Origin: Squalus acanthias
Lineage: Eukaryota
Reading direction: 5' to 3'
NCBI GenBank assembly: GCA_030390025.1
Contig: JASTWF010000033.1
Span: 4,776,001-4,840,000, forward strand
DNA: 64,000 nucleotides
Made by a program: the position numbers and the translations under genes. Of the stretch, positions 1 through 11,605 are shown in pieces. The notes beneath the pieces were generated by a model, which saw only the letters and a list, made by a program, of their open reading frames with translations, had not been told where the DNA came from and did not search any database. Each line of letters starts with the position of its first letter. Within the stretch, counting starts at the first letter, position 1.

Positions 1-664
1 GCTTAAGGTTGTTGAAGAATAGAAAAATTCAATTTGATAACTCATTTATAAATTAAAAATACTCTTCAAAAAGGGAAGTTTATTTTTAGCCCCGTAAAAA
101 AAAATTTTTTTCAAAAAAATAAAATGTTTGTAATAAATATTTAATTAAATTGAATTTGAATTAATTTTAATTAAGTAATGTATTTTTAAAAATGTATTTA
201 ATGTTTTAGTCTGTTTTTAACTGTGATCACGATTCATACTTTTGACAGTTCTGTGCGTACAGAACTCTCAAAAGGATGAAGGGGGATTCCCTTCTTTGAT
301 TGGTTCACCTGCCCACGTGATCCCAGGGATGCTTGCAAACCGCATGCGCCCCTGGGATACCTGGGCCTCTGCGCATTTCCAACAGGAGAGTCTTCTCTTC
401 TTAGGCAGTCCCTCGGAACCGAGGATGACTTGCTTCCACATTAAAAATGAGTTCTCAAGGTGACTGATGAGTCCAATGCGAGCCATGAGGGTCCTGACGT
501 TCCAGGTCCCGAAGTTCATTTGAAAGGGTGGAAGATGCCTGTGCGAACGTGTGCCAGGATCAGAAGCCTCGGGATCGATGGGACCAGCAGGTAGGTTTGT
601 AGATTTTTGTCCGATCAAAGGCATCTTCCCGCAGGAAGCCTCCGATCGGAAATTCAGGGCCAAT
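1..664. mobile_element. MITE-like non-autonomous DNA element, right part only (left end outside the window)
   Basis: AT-rich core followed by a GC-richer arm ending ...aaattcagggccaat, resembling the right terminus of the 13835-14583 element (shared cacgtga..ccca..ggatgc arm motifs). Confidence 0.45.
484..546 (-). mobile_element. RTE-clade LINE 5' fragment (start of APE endonuclease)
   Basis: Minus-strand translation MNFGTWNVRTLM, the N-terminal TWNVRTL motif of RTE endonucleases. Confidence 0.6.
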
Positions 665-699
665 GTTTTTCTCACTGGAGAGAAGTGTGCACTTGTGAC

Positions 700-1067
700 C
701 CCAGGGGTCGGTATATATATTAATCACTTGGACTTGGGTATACAGTGCATAATTTCAAAGCTTGAAGATGACAAGAAAATCATAAAAGTGGTAAATATTG
801 AGGAGGTTAGTATTAGAATTCAGGAGGACAGAGACAGACTAGTGCAATACGCAGACACATGGGAGATGAAATGTAACGCAGAGAAGTGTGAATCGATGCA
901 TTTTGGAAAAAAGAATTGGGAGATGCAATATAAACTATATGGTACAATTTTATAGTGGGTGCAGGCACAGTAAAACAGAAGGGTATACGTACATAAATCT
1001 TTAAAGGTGGCAGGACTAGTTTTTCAGAAAGTATACAGGGTTTTGTGCTTGTTAAATAGAAGCAGAG
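700..1067 (+). mobile_element. Degenerate CR1 LINE RT fragment
   Basis: IYINHLDLGIQCIISKLEDDKK...DRLVQYADTWEMKCNAEKCESMHFG, a decayed FADD region. Confidence 0.75.
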
Positions 1068-1895
1068 GAATATAGGAACCCAGGAACAGGAGTAGGCCAT
1101 TCATCTCCTGGAGCCTGTTCTGACATTCAATTAGATCATGGTGGATCTGTATCTTAACTCCATCTACCCACCTTGGTTCCGTAATCCTAAATACCCTTCC
1201 CTAACAATCTATCAATCTCAGTTTTGAAATTTTCAATTGACCGAAACCTCAACAGATTTTTGAGGGCGAGTGTTCCAGATTTCCACTACCATTTGTGTGA
1301 AGAAATGCTTTCTAACATCATCCCTGAACGGCTTAGCTGTGCTTTGAGGTTAACCCCATTCTTCTGGATTCCTGCACCAGAGGAAATAGTTTGTCTCTTT
1401 CAATCCTATCAATTCCTTTGATTATCTTAAACACCTCAATTAGATTCCCCCTTAATCGTGTATATACACAGGGGAATACAAACGTTGTCTATGCATTCAG
1501 TCCTCATAACTTAATAATTTTAGCCCTTGTGTCATTCTGGTGAATCTCAGCTGCAACCTCTACAAGGCCACTATATCCTTCCTGAGGTCCAGTGCCCAGA
1601 ACTTGACACAGAAATCACAATGGGGTCTAACCAGAGCTCTGTACAGGTGCAGCAGAACTTCTCGCTGTTTGTATTCCAGCCCTCGAGATAAAGCCCAACA
1701 TTCCATTTCACTGTTGACTTATTTTTTGCAACGATTGACTATCATTTAGTGATTGCCGTACTCGGAGCCCTAACTCTCTCTGCTCATCCACAGTTCCGAG
1801 CTTCTCGCCATCTAGAAAATACTCTGATCTCTCTTTTTCAGGTCCAAAGTGATGGAGCTCACACTTTCCCACTTTGATCTCCATCTGCCAGAGTT
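1068..1895 (-). mobile_element. CR1 LINE 3' fragment
   Basis: Reverse-complement tail aggaacaggagtaggccattc...gagcctgttc...attcaattagatcatgg followed by decayed RT C-terminal sequence. Confidence 0.75.
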
Positions 1896-2492
1896 TTGCC
1901 CAGAGAGTGCAAAATCAAGGGAGTTAGGCTCAACCTTCATCAGTCACTGGCGTCAGCTGGAGTATTGTATCCAATTCTATCGCCGCACTTGAAGAAGGCT
2001 GTCAAGGCCTTGGAGAGGATGCAGAGGACATTTACTGAAATGGTAACAAGGATGAGGAACTTCAGTTACAGGGAGAGCCCAGAGGAGCTGGAATCGTTCT
2101 CCTTGAAGCAGAGAGGTTTGAGGGGAAATTTAATAGAGGTGTTAAAAATCATGAAGCTTTTTTGACAGAGTAAATGAGGAGAAACTGTTTCCACTGGCAG
2201 AAGGGTCGGTAAACAGAGGACACAGATTTAATATAATTGGCAAAAGAGGTGAGATGAGGAGAGATGTTTTTAGGTATCAAGTAATTATGATCTGGGATAC
2301 GCTGCCTGAAAGGGTGGAAGCAGAAGCAATAGCAACTTTTAAAAGGGAATTGGATAAATACTTGAAGGGGAGAAAATTGTGGGGCTCAGGGGGAAGAGCG
2401 GGGGTGTGGGACTAATTGGATTGTTCTTTCAAAGAGCCGGTCCAGGCTCGATAGGCCGAATGGCCCCCTTCTCTGCTGGATGATTCTATGAT
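1896..2492 (+). mobile_element. CR1 LINE 3' fragment
   Basis: PHLKKAVKALERMQRTFTEMV...FSLKQRGLRGNLIEVLKIM, with 3' tail ggccgaatggcc...gattctatg. Confidence 0.8.
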
Positions 2493-3250
2493 AGCGACCC
2501 CTTACTCTTTGTTCCGAAACGTGTAATAAACGACATATAAACTGGAATAACATTTACAGCAGCAGAATGTTCGAGTGTGAAATTGTATTTGGAAGTTTCA
2601 TTCCGTTAAATGACGCAACTCCCAGTAAATCTATTTCTGAAAAAAAATATTTTGTTACTTGTCCTTTATTGTTATGTTAACTTGCCAGTATCTTTGAACT
2701 ACTGCACAAATAAATATTAATTTCTGTACATTAAAAGACAATAATGGTCCTCAGTATATTCCGGGTCCTTACCTGGTGCTGCGGCTCCTGATTCTGGTCC
2801 CACAGAGTCCGGGTAAGTTAGTGCTGTGAGTTCTGCAGGTTAATGAACACACCCTGAGTAAAGATCAGTTACTCATCACAGTCATAAACACCACCTTCAG
2901 CCTGATCAGTACAATCCCTCCCCGCCCTGTTCTCTGGAGCAGGGCTCGATCAGAATCACACACGGGCTCATTCAGTTTTAATTGTTCTGATAAATTACTG
3001 ACCTTTGACCCAGAGTCATTAATACTCTGTGTGGTAACAATGACCACATCCCCACAGCTCTTCCATCTGCGGTTCAGAAGACCCCGCAGTGAAACCGTGT
3101 CCTGTAGCGGGAATCAGTTTCTGATCCTCAATTAGATTTAATTATTCACCATAAAACTTCTTTATTATAAGGGCAGTTCGAAAGATTAACTGCAGTCGCC
3201 TGGCATTGTTCTCTGACTATTTATGCTGTGCCCATATGTATTTCTTCACT

Positions 3251-3287
3251 TCACCTGACGAAGGAGCAGCGCTCCGAAAGCTTGTGA
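3251..3287 (+). ncRNA. Minimal type I hammerhead ribozyme motif in a Penelope-type terminal fragment
   Basis: tcac-CTGACGA-a-ggagc-agc-gctcc-GAAA-g-ct-t-gtga: intact core, perfect stem II, stem I tcac/gtga, palindromic AAGCTT stem III, followed by AATAAA. Confidence 0.72.
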
Positions 3288-4110
3288 TTTCAAATAAAGC
3301 TGTTGGACTATAACCTGGTGTTGTGCGACTTCTCTCTTTATTATCGGACAGACATGGCAAGTGACAAAGTTCGCTGATAATAATCTCCAGCGAATACCCT
3401 CTAGTTAATGAGTAAAAGTCTCGGCCTTGATCAGGCTCCGGGTTTCAATAACTGGAACTGAATCTTTAAATTTGTGCGGTAAACAAGTGAAAATCTGCTT
3501 CACCGGCCTGTTAATTTTTAGTGATCGTGATTTAATTGCACATTTTCATATATTCTTTATTTTAACAGATTGGGAACGGATTCAATTGACTATGAGACTG
3601 GGAAACTCTGAACATTATTTGATAATCTAATTAGTATTTGTTTTTAATATCAATATTAAAAGTTCAGGCTAGCTCTTGCGACTGCTCCGTGTCTCATTCC
3701 CCTTCCTGCTTCTCTGTGCTGCCGCTCCCAGTCTGTTTACAGCTCCCCCTGCTCCGTGTCTGAAACCCCTGCCTTTTACCTCTCTGCTTCCCCCACCTGT
3801 GCTGTGCCCGGTCTTTAATGTTTGCTTCCCTCCCCCACCGGTTCCATATCTGTTTCTCCCCGTGTTTCCATTCCTATCAGCTCTATGTCTGATTCTGTCG
3901 TGTCTTCCATTATCAGATGCACTTTCCCACCCAGCTGTTACATGGCTGAATGTCCCCCCGCATCTGTAACTGTTTCCAACTCTACAACCTTCCTCCACCC
4001 TAACTCTCCCCTAACCCATTATTCATTCCCCCTCCCCTCCCACCTGCTGCAATACTAATTTTACTCTTGCTCTTCCTTTCCTCCTATCGGGCCCGATCTT
4101 CCCTCATCCG

Positions 4111-6214
4111 TGAGTACAACAGTAGAGAGGTTATGCTGAACCTTTATAAAGCGCTGGTTAGGCCACAACTGGAGTATTGCGTCCAGTTCTGGTCACCACA
4201 CTTTAGGAAGGATGTGAAGGCCCTTGAGAGGATGCAGAAAAAAATTACGAGAATAATTCCAGGGATGAGGGACTTCAGTTACGTGGATAGACTGGGAAAG
4301 CTGGGGTTGTTCTCCTTAGAGCAGAGAAGTTTGAGAGGAAATTTGATAGAGGTGTTCAAAATCATGAAGGGTCTTGACAGAGTAGAGAGAGAGAAACTGT
4401 TTCCATTGGCAGAAGGGTCGAGACCAGAAGACACAGAGTTAAGATGATTGGCAAAAGAACCAAAGGCACTGTAATATTCTCAAAATTCACAGAAAACCCA
4501 AAACTCGAAGACAAACCCTAAGGAAAAGGACTTTGGACTCTTTTCTAACTATTTCAGGGTGGTGAAGTGCATTGGGCCTAACCGAAGGACATTTTAGAGC
4601 AAAAACCAAGATTTGGTATTTTGAAAGATATGTCTGGACTTGGAAGGGAGAAAAGGCTATAAAGGAAGTTGGGTTAACCTCTGTACAGACAGTTTGGATA
4701 TTGGAGTTAATGCAAACTGTTTGGGGAACCGCATGACCTCACTTGGAGTTAATCGGCCCCCATCAGACATTAACATCCTAACAATAAACCCGAGGAAGAG
4801 CAGTCTCCACCCAAATTACAGGACCCATCAAAACATGCATAAAATAGATCACTGAGTCCCACTCTATAGAAATCCCAGGCCCAGTCAAGAAACTCAAAAC
4901 CTGAGAACAATCAACTACAATCAAGCAGCAGATCGACAGGATGGAGCCTTCCTGAAAATACTTCACACGTTAACAAGCAAGTTACTATTGACGAGCCCGC
5001 CAAAATCTTACAATGACCGGGATTTGATTTGGCGTGCAGATAAGGAAGCTTCAATTAGTATAATTGAAGGCCCGTTCTTAACCGAAAGAAGCTTTCATGG
5101 GCGCATTCACCGGAACATAGTTCTCCAGTACCACTGTTCAACGTTATGTGTCTAGCCAACAGGTCGACAGCTGGAAAACAAGACCGTTCAACAAAGGAGG
5201 CCAATAGCTCCAGAAGTAGGCCGACAAGTGGAAGAAACCAGAGCGACCGCCTCAGTGACCATCGGACACCTCGCGGCAACAAGGGCCTCATGAAACAACC
5301 AACCGAACATTATCTCCAATATTGGGCCACCACGACCAAAGAAAACCAACTCGGAGAAAAACCGAAGATCGGCAAAGTTTCCACTCTACAATCTGTTCCT
5401 GACTTACCCCTGGGTAAGATTTTACCCAAAAGACTCTAAACCCTACCTCTAACCAAAGAAAAGTGGGTACTCACCTGATAGATCCAATACGTACCCTACC
5501 GCATCAGCGGACTCGCGAAGAATGACCAGCTACGCAGCTGAAGTCCTCTACCACGTCCGGGGTACAGCAGACACCAACTAACATATACAGCTAACCCCAA
5601 AACCGCGAACCAGCTCAACTGTCAAGGATAAGTTTGGTGAGTATCATCCCTGGTCCTCTAGAGTCCACTTTAGCTAGTAAAGTGGGATTGGGAGGGGTGA
5701 GGTATTCTTCTAATGTGATTTTCCCTCGTATGTACCGAAGTGTTCCCCCATTTTATTAGAGTGTTAAGATTGTTGTGTTGTATTTTACTCTCTTGAATAA
5801 AAATCAAATGTTCTTGCACCAAAACCAGTTGTCTGCTGCACTTTTGACACAACCCCCAAATAAGTCCAAGGTCTAGAACCAAGGGAATTGGAGCGATTCG
5901 AACCGCTCAGAAGTCAGAGGTGAAGCTGACACACACCACCACCCCCTACAGCGACATGAGGAAAACTTTTTTACGCAGCGAGTGGTTAGGATCTGGAATG
6001 CACTGCCTGAAAGTATGGTGGAGGCAGACTCAATCACGGCTTTCCAAAAGGGAGTTGGATAAGTACCCGAAAGAAAAATAAACATTTGCAGGGCTACGGG
6101 AAAGGGCGGGGGAGTGGGACTAGATGAGGTGCTCTTGCAGAGAGCCGGCACGGGCTCGACGGGCCGAATGGTCTTCTTCCGTGCTGTGACCGTTCTGTTG
6201 TTCTATGATTCTAT
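4111..6214 (+). mobile_element. CR1 LINE 3' fragment split by an LTR-like insertion (4111-4469 and 5951-6214)
   Basis: EYNSREVMLNLYKALVRPQLEYCVQFWSPHFRKD...; the sequence resumes gcgacatgaggaaaaac after 5950 and ends in a ttctatgattctatg tail. Confidence 0.85.
4470..5950 (+). mobile_element. Solo-LTR-like insertion (~1.48 kb)
   Basis: Precisely interrupts a CR1, has TGTA...TACA termini, an imperfect target duplication (gc-ac / gcgac) and AATAAA at 5796-5801, and no recognisable coding remnants. Confidence 0.65.
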
Positions 6215-7600
6215 GAACAAGGGTAGGCCGTTCAGCACCTCGAGCTTGTTATACAGGAGCAGAAGAAAGCCATTTAGCTCCTCTAGCCTGCTACACAGGA
6301 ACTGGGGTAGACCATTCAACCCCTCGAGCCTGCTGAACCGGAATATTTGTAGACCATTCAATCCATCGATCCTGTTGTAGAGAAATTTTCATCCCTGGAA
6401 TCATTCTCGGAATATTTTTAGGCCATTCAGCCGCTCTAGCCTGCTATATATGAACAGGGGTAGGGTAGTCATTTCATCGAGTCTGTTACTTAGAAACAGG
6501 AGTAGGCCATTCAACCCATCGAACCTGTTACATATGAACATTGATTGGACATTCAGTCTCTCAAGCCTGTTATATACGTAATGAAATAGGCAATTCAGAA
6601 TCTTGAGCGAGTTACATAGGCACAGGAGTAGGCCATTAAACCCCTCGAGGTTGTTACATCGAACAAAGCCATTAAACCCCACAAGCCTGCTACGGAGGAA
6701 AATAAGTAGTTCATGAAGATCCTAAAGACAGGTATATAGCAAAGGGAGTCGGCCATTCAGTCCATTAAGACTGTTACATAACAACAGGTGGCGGGCATTC
6801 AGGCCATAGAAGCTCTTACATAGGAACAGGAGGAAGTCAAAAGGCCATCGAGCCTGTTATATAGGAACAGTAGGAGGCCATTCAGCCCCTCGAGCCTGTT
6901 ACATAGGAACAGGAGGAGGCCATTCAGCCCCTCGAGCCTGTTACATAGGAACATGAGGAAGTCAAAAGGCCATCGAGCCTATTATATAGGAAGAGGAGGA
7001 GGCCATTCAGCCCCTCGAGCCTGTTACATTAGGAACTGGTGGAGGCCATTCAGCCCCTCGAGCCTGTTACATTAGGAACAGGAGGAGGCCATTCAGCCCC
7101 TCGAGCCTGTTACATTAGGAACAGGAGGAGGCCATTCAGCCCCTCGAGTCTGTTACACAGGAACAGGAGGCGGTCATTCAGGCCATCGAGCCTGTTATAT
7201 AGGAACAGGAAGAGGCACATTCAGCCCCTCGAGCCTGTTACATAGGAACAGGAGGCGGTCATTCAGGCCATCGAGCCTGTTACATAGGAACAGGAGGAGG
7301 CCATTCAGCCCCTCGAGCCTGTTATATAGGAGCAGGAGGAGGCCAGTCAGCCCCTCGAGCCTGTTACATAGGAACAGGAGGCGGTCATTCAGGCCATTGA
7401 ACCTGTTATATAGGAACAGGAGGAGGCCATTCAGCCCCTCAAGCCTGTTACATAGGGACAGGAGGAGGCCATTCAGCCTCTCGAGCCTGTTACATAGGAA
7501 CAGGAGGAGGCCATTCAGGCCATCGAGTCTGTTACACAGGAACAGGAGGCGGTCATTCAGCACCTCGAGCCTGTTCTATAGGAACAGGAGGAGGTTATTC
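6215..7600 (+). repeat. 42-bp tandem repeat derived from a CR1/HER1 LINE 3' tail
   Basis: Unit cataggaacaggaggaggccattcagcccctcgagcctgtta. Copies are degenerate at 6215-6850 and homogeneous at 6860-7590. The unit matches the reverse-complement LINE tail ataggagcaggagtaggccattcggcccctcgagcctg. Confidence 0.9.
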
Positions 7601-7728
7601 CGCACTCAGCCAATTCCACCATTCATGTACGATAGCAAAATACTGCGGATGCTGGAAAATTGAAACAACAACAGAAAACTCTGGAAAAACTCAGCAGGCC
7701 AGGCAACATCCGTGGAGAGAGAAACAGA

Positions 7729-7762
7729 GTTAACGTTTCAGGTCGAAACCCTTCATCAGAAC
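7729..7762 (-). ncRNA. Minimal hammerhead ribozyme motif (Penelope terminal repeat)
   Basis: Minus strand gtt-CTGATGA-a-gggt-TTCG-acct-GAAA-c-gt-t-aac. Confidence 0.62.
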
Positions 7763-10128
7763 GGAGAAAAAAGCAGGAAATGAAACAGATAAAAAAGCAA
7801 GGGGAGGCTGGGGGGAGGAATAAAAGAACAAAAGGGGTGGTCTATGGTGAGTAGAGACATCCCCTCTTACCTTCCCCTCTCTGACCCCGATCGATCAGTC
7901 CTCAGCAAAGGCCTGAGCTTCATCCCCTTACGCCCCCACCTCAATGGATTTCGAGCTCGGCATGATGCTGAGCTCTTTTCCCGCCGCCTTCGTCTCCGTG
8001 CCCACTTCTCTGGCCAGGAGTCTTCCCCCCGCACGGCTGACCCTTTCTCCCGCTTTCAGAATTCCCGTTCCACCTGGACCCCTCCCTCTGGCCTCTTACC
8101 CTCTCTAGATCTTTTCATTGCTAACTGCCGCCGTGACATCGGACATCTCAATTTCTCTGCTCCCCTCACTCACTCCAACCTACCTCCCTCTGAACTTGCA
8201 GCACTCCATTCTCTCCGATCCAACCCCGACATTGTCATTATAGCTGCTGACAAGGGTGGTGCTGTTGTTGTTTGGCGAACCGACCTCTACCTAGCAGAAG
8301 CTGAACGCCAACTCTCCGACACCTCCTCCTACCTCCACCTGGACCATGACCACACTACCGAACATCAAGCCACCGTTTCCAAGACTGTCACTGACCTCAT
8401 CTCCTCTGGGGATCTTCCCCCCCATGGCCGCCAACCTCATAGTTCCCCAACCCCGCACAGCCCGCTTCTACCTCCTTCCCAAGATCCACAAACAGGACTG
8501 CCCTGGTAGACCCATCTTTTCAGCCTGTTCTTGCCCCACGGAACTTATCTCTTCCTATCTCGACTCTATTTTTTCTCCCCTTGTCCGGTCTCTTCCCACC
8601 TACATCCGCAATTCCTCTGACGCCCTCCGCCACTTTAACAGTTTCCAGTTTCCTGGCCCCAACCGCCTCCTTTTCACCATGGATGTACAATCCCTCTACA
8701 CCTCCATCCCCCACCAGGATGGCCTGAGGGCGCTCCGCTTCTTCCTTGAAAAAAGGCACAACAAGTCCCCATCCACCACCACCCTCCTCCGCCTGGCTGA
8801 ACTTGTTCTCACATTGAACAACTTCTCCTTTGATCCACTCATTTCCTCCAAATCAAAGGTGTTGCTATGGGTACCCGCATGGGTCCTAGCTATGCCTACC
8901 TTTTCTGGGATATGTGGAACATTATTTGTTCCAGTCCTACTCAGGTCCCCTCCCTCACCTCTTTTTTCGGTGCATTGATGACTGTATCGGTGCTGGTTCC
9001 TGCTCTCGCACTGAACTAGAAAATTTCATACACTTTGCTTCCAATTTCCACCCTTCCCTCACCTTCACATGGTCCATCTCTGACTCTTCCCTTCCCTTCC
9101 CTTCCTCAACTTCTCTGTCTCCATTTCTGACGATCAGCTATCGACAAACATCCACTACAAGCCCACTGACTCTCACAGCTACCTGGACTATACTTCCTCC
9201 CACCCCGCTTCCTGTAAGGACTCTATTCCATTCTCACAGTTTCTCTGTCTCCGCCGCATCTGCTCTGACGATGCAATGTTCCATACCAATGCTTCCGACA
9301 TGTCTTCCTTTTTCCTCAACCGAGGATTCCCCTCTACTGCAGTTGGCATGGCCCTTGACCGTGTCTGTTCCATTTCCCGCATTTCTGCTGTCTCCCCTAC
9401 TCTTCCTCCCGGAACCACGATAGGGTTCCCCTTGTCCTCACCTTCCACCCCACCAGCCTCCACATTCAACGGATCATCCTTCACCTTTTCCGCCACCTCC
9501 AGCGTGATCCCACCACCAAGCACATCTTCCCCTCACCTCCCCTTTCAGCATTCCGAAGGGACCGCTCCCTCCGCGACACCCTGGTCCACTCCTGTATCAC
9601 CCCCAACACCCCTTCCCCTTCGCCCAGCACCTTCCTGTGCAAGCGCAAGAGATGCAACACATGCCCTTTTACCTCCGTCCTTCCCACAGTCCAGGGCCCC
9701 AAACTCTCCTTCCAGGTGAAACAGCGATTTACTTGTACTTCTTGCAATTTAGTATACTGTATTCGCTGCTCACGATGCGGCCTCCTGTACATTGGGGAGA
9801 CCAAACGCAGATTGGGTGACCGCTTTGCGGAACACCTCCGTTCAGTCCGTAAGAGTGATCCCGAGCTTCCAGTCGCCTGTCCCTTTAATTCTCCGCTCCA
9901 CTCCCACTCTGACCTCACCGTCCTCGGCCTCTTACACTGTTCCAATGAAGCTCAACGTAAGCTCGAGGAACAGCACCTCATCTTTCGATTGGGCACTTTA
10001 CAGCCTTCTGGGCTCAACATAGAGTTCAACAATTTCAGACTATAACCCCTGCTCCTATTTTTTCAGGTGGCTGTTGTTGATGATTCTGCCATTCCCATTT
10101 GCAACATTTAATCTGTCCTGCCTTCAAT

Positions 10129-10796
10129 CATAAGAACATAAGAACATAAGAAATAGGAGCAGGTGTAGGCCATTCGGCCCATCGAGCCTGCTCCGCCATT
10201 CAATGAGATCATGGCTCATCTTCTGCCTCAACTCCATTCACCAGCCCTATCGCCATATCCCTTGATGCCCTTACTAGTCAGAAATCTAGCGGGTGCTGTT
10301 TTGAATATACCCAAAGACTGAGCCTCCACAGCCCTCTGGAGTAGAGAATTCCAAAGATTCACCAACCTCTGTGTGAAGAAATGTCTTGTCATCTCAGTCC
10401 TGAATGGCCTACCCTTTATCCTGAGGCTGTGGCCCCTGGTTCTAGACTCCCCAGGCAAGGGAACATTCTTCCAGCATCCACCCTATAAAGCCCTGTAATA
10501 ATTTTGTATGCTTCAATGAGATCACCTCTCATTCTTCTGAATTCAAGAGAATACAGGCCGAGTTTACTCAATCTCTTCTCATACGACAGTCCCGCCATCC
10601 CAGGAATCAATCTCGTGAACCTTCGTTGCACTCCCTCTATGGCAAGTATATCCTTCCCTATGTAAGGAGAGCACAATAGTACACAGTACTCCAGGTGTGG
10701 TCTCACCAAGGCCCTATATAATTGGAGTAAGGCTTCTTTACTCCTGTACTCAAATCCTCTTGTAATGAAGGCCAGCATACCATTTGCCTTCCTAAT
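10129..10796 (-). mobile_element. CR1 LINE 3' fragment inserted in the Penelope 3' region
   Basis: KANGMLAFITRGFEYRSKEALLQLYRALVRPHLEYC..., with a (cataagaa)n tail at 10129. Confidence 0.9.
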
Positions 10797-10883
10797 CCTA
10801 GCACAGACTGTCCCTTTAGTTCCTTCCTCCCCTCCACCCACTTTCCCTGCCTCTGCACCTGCTTAAAACCGGTTACTTTTACC

Positions 10884-10920
10884 AGTTCTGATGAAGGGTC
10901 ACAGAACTGAAACTTTAACT
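10884..10920 (+). ncRNA. Degenerate hammerhead ribozyme motif (Penelope terminal repeat)
   Basis: agtt-CTGATGA-a-gggtc-aca-gaact-GAAA-cttt-aact; core intact, stems II and III mutated. Confidence 0.5.
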
Positions 10921-11605
10921 CTGTTTCTCTCTCCACGGATGCTGCCTGGCCTGCTGAGTATTTCCAGCATTTTCTGTTGTTATTTCAGATTTCGAACATC
11001 CGCAGTATTTTGCTCTTGTACTGGGGAGAGATAACCAAACCGCCATCTTAGGAAGTTTAATCACTTTATACACTTTCTTATTTGAGCTCCGTTTGGAGTT
11101 AGAGTTTATTTTATTTTATTGTTGCATATTTAACGACAGCATTGAAGATGGAAAGAGAAACTTAGATCAACTTCTTCTGTCAAAGCTGCAATGAGACTAG
11201 AAACAATTTAAAGATTTTTAATGAACTTTTCACAAAAAGTGAACGTTAAAAACACTTCTTTCACCCTAAGTTTCTGGTACGATTTTGGAAGAAACAACAA
11301 GGGAAAATCAATTTTGCCCTCATCTAAACAAGTTTCAAGCAGATCTTGAAGTCCAAACACTTTTAAGGAGCCTCTGAATTGATTAAAACATTTTAATACT
11401 TAAATTTCTCAATATTTGATTTTGAACGATGGACTGAAGTGAGTAGCTGCACACAAAGATTTAATCATGCTGTTGAGGAGGGGGAAGGCAGGGGAGGATT
11501 TGAAGGAGTTACTTATTACTTTTTATTGTCTTTTTAAAATATCATTAAAACGTTTAGGAAGAGAACCAAAAAAGAGGAAAACACAAACCGTTTTATTTTA
11601 CATCA

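Larger units (their letters stand above)
7627..11020 (+). mobile_element. Penelope-like retroelement (RT + GIY-YIG), frameshifted, with an inverted terminal segment at the 5' side
   Basis: LSKGLSF, LPKIHK..PGRPI, MDVQSLY, GVAMG and RCIDD RT motifs at 7855-9400. GIY-YIG domain NLVYCIRCSRCGLLYIGETKRRLGDRFAEH...GLN at 9716-10045. The terminal region 10797-11020 is repeated in inverted orientation at 7627-7855. Confidence 0.9.

Noticed and set aside
3669..4110. Overlapping ORFs in a pyrimidine-rich stretch
   Set aside because: Low complexity and no recognisable motif; probably an unassigned repeat remnant.
4640..5882. Short ORFs inside the LTR-like insert
   Set aside because: No gag, pol or env motifs; short and on both strands.
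6114..7663. Arg-rich RNRRRPFSPSSLLH and LRR-like LEGLNGLLLFLCNR ORFs
   Set aside because: Translations of the 42-bp LINE-tail repeat, not a protamine or leucine-rich-repeat gene.
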